A stretch of DNA of 64,000 nucleotides, from positions 29,164-93,163 of the forward strand of contig CAZERF010000002.1 in NCBI GenBank assembly GCA_964515375.1, read 5' to 3'. The stretch is from an uncultured Candidatus Saccharibacteria bacterium (GTDB lineage Bacteria; Patescibacteriota; Minisyncoccia; Phycocordibacterales; UBA6899). The translations under genes and the position numbers were made by a program. This document shows, piece after piece, positions 55,058 through 61,972 of this stretch (position 1 is its first letter; each line of letters starts with the position of its first letter). Under the pieces are notes generated by a model. The model made no database searches, was not told where the DNA came from, and saw only the letters and a program-made list of their open reading frames with translations.

Positions 55058-56230
55058 ATGATGAAAAATGTTCTGGTGTTGAATGCGGGCTCGTCGAGTC
55101 TTAAATTCGGGTTGTATCGGGTTTTGAATGGAGCAGTGGAGGCATCTTCCCTTTTGCGCGGACTCTTTGAACTCACTGCAAACGGAAGTGTGCTTACGCT
55201 TGTCATTGATGGTCTCTCGACCATACGATCGCTCAATGATGTAAGGGACCACGCTGGTGCGGTTCGTGTTCTGATGGAGATTTTGGGCAATGATGAAGCC
55301 CTCACTCCGCATGCCGTTGGTCACCGTGTTGTGCATGGTGGTGGTGTGTACTTCGACCCTGTGGTGGTGGATGATGAGCTTTACGCAACACTTGGAGGAT
55401 TCATTCCTCTTGCTCCGCTCCATCAGCCGCACAACTTGGCACCCATTGCGGCGCTCATGGAAAAGGGAATGCCCCAGGTTGCATGTTTCGACACCGGCTT
55501 CCATGGGACGATCCCTCGCGTGAATCATGAGTATGCGATTCCCGCCGAATGGACCACGAAAGGTTTTCGCAAGTACGGTTTCCACGGCCTTTCGTACGAG
55601 TACGTTGCTTCGGTGCTTCCTTCGATCGTCGGCGAAGATCTCGCACGTGGGAAGGTCATTGTCGCGCACTTGGGATCAGGTTCGTCGATGTGCGGAATGA
55701 AGGACGGCAAGAGTGTTGTTTCGACGCTTGAGTTCTCGACCATCGGACGACTTCCGATGGGGACACGCCCCGGTGCGATCGATGCGGTCATGGCACTCGA
55801 GATGGCGCGCGAAATCGGGATCAACCAGACGGTTTCGTTGCTCCACAAGAAATGCGGACTTTTGGCTCTTTCCGAACGGTCAAATGATGTACGGGACCTC
55901 GAAGAAGCGGCCACGCAAGGGGACGAGCGGGCCACGTACGCACTCGAATTCTTTGCGGAACAGGCCGCGCAGGAGATCGGCAAGCTTGCTGTTGCATTGC
56001 GCGGGCTTGATGTGCTCGTTTTTACCGCCGGGATCGGCGAGCGGGGGAGCGCGATGCGTGCCCGGATCTGCGCACGCCTCGGAGTCTTTGGTGTCGCGCT
56101 TGCTCGACATGCCAATGAAAACGGAGAGCGAGACATCGGGAAGGTTGGGAACCCTGTCCGCGTCCTTGTCATTCCGACGAATGAAGAGCTGATGATCGCC
56201 CGTCACACCGCGCGACTTATTGGTTCATGA
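55058..56230 (+). CDS. Acetate/butyrate kinase (ASKHA family)
   Basis: N-terminal VLVLNAGSSSLKFGLY and downstream acetokinase motifs (VGHRVVHGG…). Start at ATGATG 55058 with AGGAGAAGG SD. The 351-nt in-frame upstream extension in the ORF track is rejected. Confidence 0.8.
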   Translation: MMKNVLVLNAGSSSLKFGLYRVLNGAVEASSLLRGLFELTANGSVLTLVIDGLSTIRSLNDVRDHAGAVRVLMEILGNDEALTPHAVGHRVVHGGGVYFDPVVVDDELYATLGGFIPLAPLHQPHNLAPIAALMEKGMPQVACFDTGFHGTIPRVNHEYAIPAEWTTKGFRKYGFHGLSYEYVASVLPSIVGEDLARGKVIVAHLGSGSSMCGMKDGKSVVSTLEFSTIGRLPMGTRPGAIDAVMALEMAREIGINQTVSLLHKKCGLLALSERSNDVRDLEEAATQGDERATYALEFFAEQAAQEIGKLAVALRGLDVLVFTAGIGERGSAMRARICARLGVFGVALARHANENGERDIGKVGNPVRVLVIPTNEELMIARHTARLIGS

Positions 56231-56317
56231 TCTTTTGCTTTGCTCCGGCGCCACAATGTGGTGCCGGTTTTTTTTGGTTCAAAAAATGCCCGCCGAGGTG
56301 GCGGGCATGGGTATTGG

Positions 56318-56932
56318 TCACAGGATGCACAAGGGTGCGAAGAGTGTGTTCAGTAAGACTGAAGTCCACGGCACGAACGTGTGTGTGAAATCGTATCGCG
56401 GCGCTCCGTAGACAGCGAGGAGTCCTATCCAGACGGAAGAGACCCAAAGCCAGAGCGTTTCTCGTTGAGGGGTGTTCCAATAATCGATCGCGAGAGGAAG
56501 AAAGGAAATGTAAACCGCGAGAACATACATGATCAAGGCGATCTTCGGGCTGGTGGTCAGCCAAAGAAAGATCGTTACACTGCATAACACAAGTGCTACC
56601 GTCTCGCTGTTTCCCCAATATACAGGGTGCGAAGTATTAAGAACGGCAACAAGGATACATAGTGCCGATGTCGTCCATCCGATCTGAAGGTACGGTCGGT
56701 TGTTCCCACTTTTTATGGCGACCCACAACCCGATGACGTCGAGAACAAGGAGCATGGACCATGATGCGACATTTTGCGGAATATTTCGCGAGAAAACGAA
56801 CCATGCGAAATAGACCGAAACGATGAAGCTCAATACTCCGCTTGCCGGTCCGGCGATCGCGCGGAAGCCAGACAATCTCGGCCCTTCGTTGTCGCACTTC
56901 TTTGTATTCTGCGTGCTGGTAAGGGAGCTCAT
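56318..56932 (-). CDS. Polytopic membrane protein (hypothetical, ~6 TM)
   Basis: Hydrophobic helices throughout. No motifs recognised. Confidence 0.55.
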   Translation of the reverse strand: MSSLTSTQNTKKCDNEGPRLSGFRAIAGPASGVLSFIVSVYFAWFVFSRNIPQNVASWSMLLVLDVIGLWVAIKSGNNRPYLQIGWTTSALCILVAVLNTSHPVYWGNSETVALVLCSVTIFLWLTTSPKIALIMYVLAVYISFLPLAIDYWNTPQRETLWLWVSSVWIGLLAVYGAPRYDFTHTFVPWTSVLLNTLFAPLCIL

Positions 56933-56936
56933 GTTA

Positions 56937-57263
56937 TCACCCTCGGGTCTTGTTGTTTTTGATACCGGATCCGGAGCTCATGATGAAACGCTCGAGACAC
57001 CCTTTTGTGAATTCCTTCATCGTGTCGGTTTTTCCGGTGCATGTTGCGACGCAGTGTCCTTTTGTGGTTGGGCTTTCTGACTCCATCACAACAGTGATCG
57101 CCCCGTCCTTTGCGGTGATCGACACAATGTGCGCGTTGGTTGTTCCTGGAAATTCCATGAAGACCCTAAGGAAGACCGACGCCTCTTTGGATGTGGAATA
57201 TGTTGCGGGAGGTAACTCGAAACGCTGCCCGAACATTTCATTGTATGCGGAGACCCTGATCAT
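56937..57263 (-). CDS. Small Cys/His-containing hypothetical protein (109 aa)
   Basis: Start chosen at ATG 57263, preceded by AAGGAG. Contains HCVATCTGKTDTMKEFTKGC, a possible metal-binding motif. Confidence 0.5.
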   Translation of the reverse strand: MIRVSAYNEMFGQRFELPPATYSTSKEASVFLRVFMEFPGTTNAHIVSITAKDGAITVVMESESPTTKGHCVATCTGKTDTMKEFTKGCLERFIMSSGSGIKNNKTRG

Positions 57264-57397
57264 GACACACTCCTTTTTTGTTGGGTACGAAATTCTGCTT
57301 GTGATGCTACGATTGAGTGGCAAATATGTCAAATAGTTATTGCGTAAATTTATTTATCATGTTATAATATAAAATAGGAACATCTCAGGAGACCATC

Positions 57398-57607
57398 ATG
57401 TTTTATCGTTTGGTGTGGAATATTCCCGGCCTCAGTTCCGGGAAAGGGTCCTGGCATGATGATGCGGTGCGTCCCGCCTTAATGCGTTATGTTTCGGGGA
57501 TGAACGCGCACTGTGGATCGCGTACACATTGGATCGAGTCCGCTCCTGACCCGCTTGGCGTGGTTCAAGAGGCACGAGTGCTTATGGCGCGTGTCATGAG
57601 AAAATAA
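57398..57607 (+). CDS. Small hypothetical protein (69 aa)
   Basis: AGGAGA SD 7 nt upstream. Followed by a clear terminator at 57626..57653. Confidence 0.45.
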   Translation: MFYRLVWNIPGLSSGKGSWHDDAVRPALMRYVSGMNAHCGSRTHWIESAPDPLGVVQEARVLMARVMRK

Positions 57608-57625
57608 AAAAAGTGGAAGACATGA

Positions 57626-57653
57626 ACGGCAAGCGTGACTTGCCGTTTTTTTG
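57626..57653 (+). terminator. Rho-independent terminator (ACGGCAAG-CGTGA-CTTGCCGT + T7)
   Basis: Perfect 8-bp stem plus a run of 7 T. Confidence 0.75.
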
Positions 57654-58000
57654 TGGAGAGTTTGCACTTGGCTTGATCTACTGACAGGGATCCGTCCTTA
57701 CAGGAGCAGTATCGTTTCCCATTTTCTCACAACAGAAGAATGTCACTCGAAAATAAATGAGAACAGCTTCGAGCTCTGCCGGAAGTACCACGAGACGCTT
57801 CCTTGGGTGACTCACTTAAAAACAGCCTTGCGTCCGTCTCATGTGGCCCCAGCAGGGCTCTCGACTACCGTCGCGGGGACTTTTCGGACTCGAAGACTCG
57901 TTGTCGAAAAGTCTTTCGAGCTCTGTCGGAAGACAAGCAGTTGTCTTCCTCTGGGAGGACAAACAAAATCAGCACCTTGCGGTGAGGTTTTGTCTTTGTC

Positions 58001-58020
58001 CCCCCCCAGCAGGGCTCGAA
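58001..58020 (-). repeat. Direct repeat of the tRNA-Lys 3' end (CCCCCCCAGCAGGGCTCGAA, 19/20 identical to 58171-58190). A further shorter copy is at 57847..57860.
   Basis: Sequence comparison. The copies span T-loop to acceptor 3' strand, typical of integrase att core duplications. Confidence 0.7.
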
Positions 58021-58170
58021 GCTTACAGCTTCAGTACACCTTTCCGATGTTTTGGAAATCGGAATTTCCAAAACATAACGGAGAAGGTCTTCGATCCCTG
58101 CCCGAAAGTGAAGCAGTTCACTTTCTTGGTCGGACATTCGAAAACCGCACTATTGTGCGGCTTTCTCGTG

Positions 58171-58243
58171 TCCCCCCAGCAGGGCTCGAACCTGCGACCG
58201 TTGGCTTAAAAGGCCACTGCTCTACCAGCTGAGCTATAGGGGG
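58171..58243 (-). tRNA. tRNA-Lys (anticodon UUU), 73 nt, followed (minus-strand sense) by hairpin terminator 58146..58170
   Basis: Hand-folded cloverleaf: acceptor CCCCCTA/TGGGGGG, D-arm GCTC-AGCTGGTA-GAGC, anticodon loop CTTTTAA (U33, anticodon TTT, A37), T-arm GCAGG-TTCGAGC-CCTGC, discriminator A. CCA not encoded. Confidence 0.85.
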
Positions 58244-58518
58244 ATTAAATTGTATTCACAACCGTGCACACTTCTCTGCATCTTCATCTGCGACCATTGG
58301 CGTAAAAGGCCATATTCTACATTTGAGAGCGAGGGAGAAAAAGAAGTGTTCGTATTTCTTTTTCAACCGAGTGAACCAAATGTATCTGATACCAGCCGAG
58401 CCATAGGGAGATGTTGTACTTTGAAAAATCATTCAAATACACACTCTTGCCCAAGCGTCACTATGTAAAACCGTGACACCACTAGAGGTTAGCACAATAC
58501 AATGATTTTTTAAAGGGT

Positions 58519-58896
58519 CTAGAGAGGAAGGTCAAAGGCGAAGGGTCCTGGACCAAGGAAGATGAGCGAGAGCGCGACGCAGCCAAGAAGGAAATAGAAT
58601 CTCGCGGGTTCGAGTGTAAATGTCGCGTTCTTTTTCCGGAAGTAGAGAGCAAGAAGCGTCCATGCGAAGGCGACCGCCGCCGCCGCTTGAGTAAAGAGCC
58701 CGATCAGTATGAGTAGTCCCGTCACGATCACGAGTCCGCCCAGTATGTTCCACGCGGCCTTTTCGTTGTCACTGCCCTCTTTGATGAAACGCGCGAGATG
58801 ATAACCGATAGTGATGAAGTAGTAGGCGACCAAGAGACGAAGCACGAAAGGAACATACCAGCTCCAATCAAAAAGCTCGGGGAATAGTGACAACAT
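58519..58896 (-). CDS. DoxX-like small membrane protein
   Basis: 125 aa with 4 TM helices, with a pattern similar to the DoxX family. Confidence 0.5.
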   Translation of the reverse strand: MLSLFPELFDWSWYVPFVLRLLVAYYFITIGYHLARFIKEGSDNEKAAWNILGGLVIVTGLLILIGLFTQAAAAVAFAWTLLALYFRKKNATFTLEPARFYFLLGCVALSLIFLGPGPFAFDLPL

Positions 58897-58923
58897 ATGA
58901 CCCTATAGTATCATGGTTCGCAT

Positions 58924-59430
58924 ATGAGCAAAATGCGCGCGCGGTTGTATGTTCCGCGAACTCCTGAAATACAGGTCCTTCTGCATAATATTCGCAGTGC
59001 CCATAATGTCGGTTCGATCTTTCGCACGTCCGATGCGATCGGCGTCTCCCATGTTTACCTCTCCGGGTACACCCCTCTTCCTGTTGACCGCTTTGGTCGT
59101 ACTGTGAAGGAGATCACAAAAACAGCTCTTGGTGCGGAGGTGAGTGTTCCATGGAGTGGGGAACGTAATGTTTCTCGAGTCATTGCGCGCGCAAAGAAAA
59201 ACGGGTTTGTTGTTGTTGGACTTGAGCAAGATGCGCGTTCGGTGGATTATGCGCGTTATTCCGTCGACCGCCCGACGCTCTTTGTGGTGGGGAATGAGGT
59301 GCGTGGAATGTCGGCTTCCTTGCGCGCGCAGTGTGACATCCTCATTGAGATCCCGATGCGTGGAACCAAGGAGTCGCTCAATGTTGCCGTGTCTTTTGGC
59401 GTTGCGCTTTTCCGCATTACTTCGTTGTAG
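58924..59430 (+). CDS. SpoU/TrmH-family RNA 2'-O-methyltransferase
   Basis: SPOUT motifs (HNVGSIFRTSDAIG, LFVVGNEVRGMS, IPMRGTKESLNVAVSFGVALF). Confidence 0.82.
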   Translation: MSKMRARLYVPRTPEIQVLLHNIRSAHNVGSIFRTSDAIGVSHVYLSGYTPLPVDRFGRTVKEITKTALGAEVSVPWSGERNVSRVIARAKKNGFVVVGLEQDARSVDYARYSVDRPTLFVVGNEVRGMSASLRAQCDILIEIPMRGTKESLNVAVSFGVALFRITSL

Positions 59431-60724
59431 TGTATCTGAGTTTCGCGAGCTCTTCGCGCGCAACCTCTGCTTCATCCCATGGTGTTCTTGACCCTTTCGG
59501 CCCCATGATGAAGGGGTCGGTGCCTTTGCCGGTGAGAATGACAGCACTTGTGGGAGTCTCCTTCGCATAGGCAAGCGCGCGGGCGATCGCACTTCTGCGG
59601 TCGAGGATGATCTCGGGAGTTTTCTCCTTCATTCCTTGTGCCATTTCTCGGAGGATCCCCTCGGGGTCTTCGTCGTAAGGGTCTTCGTTCGCGAGGATGA
59701 TGCGGGTGCAATGTGTTTCCGCGATATGACCCATGACGGGGCGCTTCCACGTGTCTCGTCCTCCTCCGGTATTCCCAAGCACGCAAATGAGTTGATGTGC
59801 TTTGAATGTCGAATAGACCGCCTCGAGTGAATCGGGGGTGTGTGCGTAGTCAACAACGACGGGGAAGGGTTGCCCCATTTCGACTCGTTCTCCTCGTCCG
59901 CGGATCATGCGTGTTCGTGCGACCCCTTCCGCGATCGTGTGTGTTGGTATTCCAAGCGCATCGGCAAGTGTTGCGGCGGCAATAATATTCTCCGCATTGT
60001 GGAGTCCGGGAAGCGATGAGGTGATCGTCTCTCCTTTGAAGAGAAGGGTGACCCCGTCTTCTTTTGCGTCAATAGGATCAACGTCTTTTTTCGAAAAGGG
60101 GAGAGGGGTAAGTCCGCGAATCGCAAGGAAAAGAGCACCTTCCTTGTCGTCGGTATTCGCGACCATGAGGCGCCGCGGCTTCTTGGACCGCGCGAGTGCC
60201 TGCGCGATGGAGAGCTTCGCGTCGCGGTATGCTTCGTAGGAGCCGTGCGATTCGATGTGCTCGGGAGAGAGATTGAGAAAGATGAGCGCATCGGCGTCGA
60301 TGAAGCGGTGGCGGAATTGTTTCGCGCCTTCGGAGGTCATTTCGATCACCGCATGGGTGCATCCCGTGTTCACTGCATCACGGAGAAAGCGCTGTACAAA
60401 GAAGCGCCCCGGGATCGTCATTTTGCGTAAGTTGCGCGTGCTCTTCTCTCCGACCTTGAAGCGTAGTGTTCCCAAGAGTGCGGTGCTCGCTCCGTTTGCT
60501 TCAAGAATATTGTTCATGATCTCCGCCGTGCTCGTCTTTCCTTTTGTTCCCGTGATCAAGATGACGGTCAGCTTGCGCGAGGGGAAACGATAGTACAACG
60601 CTCCAAAAAGCGCGAGAAGAAAGTGGTACACAGGTTGGAGTGCATGGAAAACCTTTTTTGGAATGAAAGCTTTTATGTTGTTGAGAAGTATTTCCATATT
60701 ATCTTGAAAAGATAGTTTGACCAT
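59417..60724 (-). CDS. Mur ligase family protein (MurE-like central + C-terminal domains, N-terminal TM segment instead of the usual N-domain)
   Basis: P-loop ITGTKGKTSTAE, then VIEMTSEGAKQFRH and FLNLSPEHIESHG, matching the MurE central domain pattern. 435 aa. Confidence 0.7.
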   Translation of the reverse strand: MVKLSFQDNMEILLNNIKAFIPKKVFHALQPVYHFLLALFGALYYRFPSRKLTVILITGTKGKTSTAEIMNNILEANGASTALLGTLRFKVGEKSTRNLRKMTIPGRFFVQRFLRDAVNTGCTHAVIEMTSEGAKQFRHRFIDADALIFLNLSPEHIESHGSYEAYRDAKLSIAQALARSKKPRRLMVANTDDKEGALFLAIRGLTPLPFSKKDVDPIDAKEDGVTLLFKGETITSSLPGLHNAENIIAAATLADALGIPTHTIAEGVARTRMIRGRGERVEMGQPFPVVVDYAHTPDSLEAVYSTFKAHQLICVLGNTGGGRDTWKRPVMGHIAETHCTRIILANEDPYDEDPEGILREMAQGMKEKTPEIILDRRSAIARALAYAKETPTSAVILTGKGTDPFIMGPKGSRTPWDEAEVAREELAKLRYTTTK

Positions 60725-61151
60725 CTCTGTGTATATATTTTAATATAACATATTCTTGAGGGCTCGATCATATAATGATTTTGTGAGATTTAATTGAATC
60801 GAGTTTCTTTTGAATATTTTTACTGAATTTTTATCGATAAAGAATTAGGCATAATGGTGAATATGTGAGGATATCTCCTCTTCTTTCTTGGCAGAATCTT
60901 AAGCATTTTCTTCTTGTGTGTTTTTTGTTAAACAGCGGTGAATTTTCACTGCGGTTTTCATGTGTGAAAAAGTCACATCGAGACTGTTTGTCGTATTGGG
61001 AATACTAAGGAGTGGGTATCGTTCGAACGTAAAGAGAAACGGAAGGTTTCTATGGATGCCGAAATAGGCACTGTGGAGGCGATGATGGGCATAATGAAAG
61101 CGTTTTCCTCCTGGATTTACACGGAGGAAATTATGCCAATACTCCTCCCAC

Positions 61152-61553
61152 TCATTGAGTCGCGTGGATGAAGGATGCTTCGTCGGAGCAGGCCGGTGTG
61201 AGCGCGAGAGCGCGCAGATCTTGCCCTGCGGGGAGTTTTGGATACTTCGTGAGATAGCGTGTGATTATTTGCATCTGGTGGAACTGATACATTTGCACGG
61301 GAATACCCGGAAACGTTTCTCTCACGCCATTCCTAGTGTCAATGACGAGTGCGTTAATGACATACCTTCGTGCTTCAAGCGCTTCAACTCCGCGCTGATA
61401 GTCCGATGGTGTCTCTTTCCATATTTCTTCCCCGTACAAATTATCACCCTCCTTAAGATCACGAATAACGAGTATTCCCCATGAGCGTTTCTTTCTGAAG
61501 TATGTCGCATCAGCAACCGCAACGATCGGAGGGGTGGCGGAAGGGGGGGACAT
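61152..61553 (-). pseudogene. Possible transposase fragment (IS remnant) lacking a C-terminal portion. Family not assigned.
   Basis: 133-aa ORF …VAVADATYFRKKRSWGILVIRDL…YVINALVIDTRNG…FPGIPVQMYQFHQ… with spaced acidic residues and an FH motif, reminiscent of DDE transposases. It ends against an AT-rich non-coding stretch. Confidence 0.35.
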
Positions 61554-61972
61554 ATGTTGCGAGCTGCGTGCGTATCCACTTCTTACCTCTTTTCGTGCGC
61601 TCGGTTAATTCTTCGATTTTATCGTATTTGATCGCATGGTGTGTCTAGAGTTTTTTCTGATGCGATTCAGTCGTTTGGGCTGTTGGAACTGGGCGTCGCA
61701 GGAGTTGTATTCATACCGCTGTACCCCGCGGGATTTACCGTTCTTCTTGGTGTTCCGTGATGTGCAGTAGTGTGGGCATATTCTGCCGTTTTTTAGCGTT
61801 CATTTTGATTACTAACAAAAGTGGCTCTTAATGGAGCCACTGTATCGCAAAAGAGCATCACATGGTTACTATTATCTCAAGAATTAGCAGAAATTTACTC
61901 TTAGCAAACAACCACCGGGATAAGGTCCGGTGGCTTTGTGTTTGCTGGCTGAGCCGGCAGGGCTGCGTGTGA

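Noticed and set aside
55525-56172. 215-aa minus-strand ORF
   Set aside because: Antisense to the acetate/butyrate kinase.
57651-58232. 193-aa plus-strand ORF
   Set aside because: Runs through degenerate tandem repeats and straight through the antisense of tRNA-Lys. Low-complexity product. The region is better explained as tRNA plus att-like repeats.
61322-61579. 85-aa minus ORF overlapping the transposase-like fragment in another frame
   Set aside because: P/R/L-rich, no features. It could at most be a frameshifted part of the same IS remnant, and I cannot support that from sequence alone.
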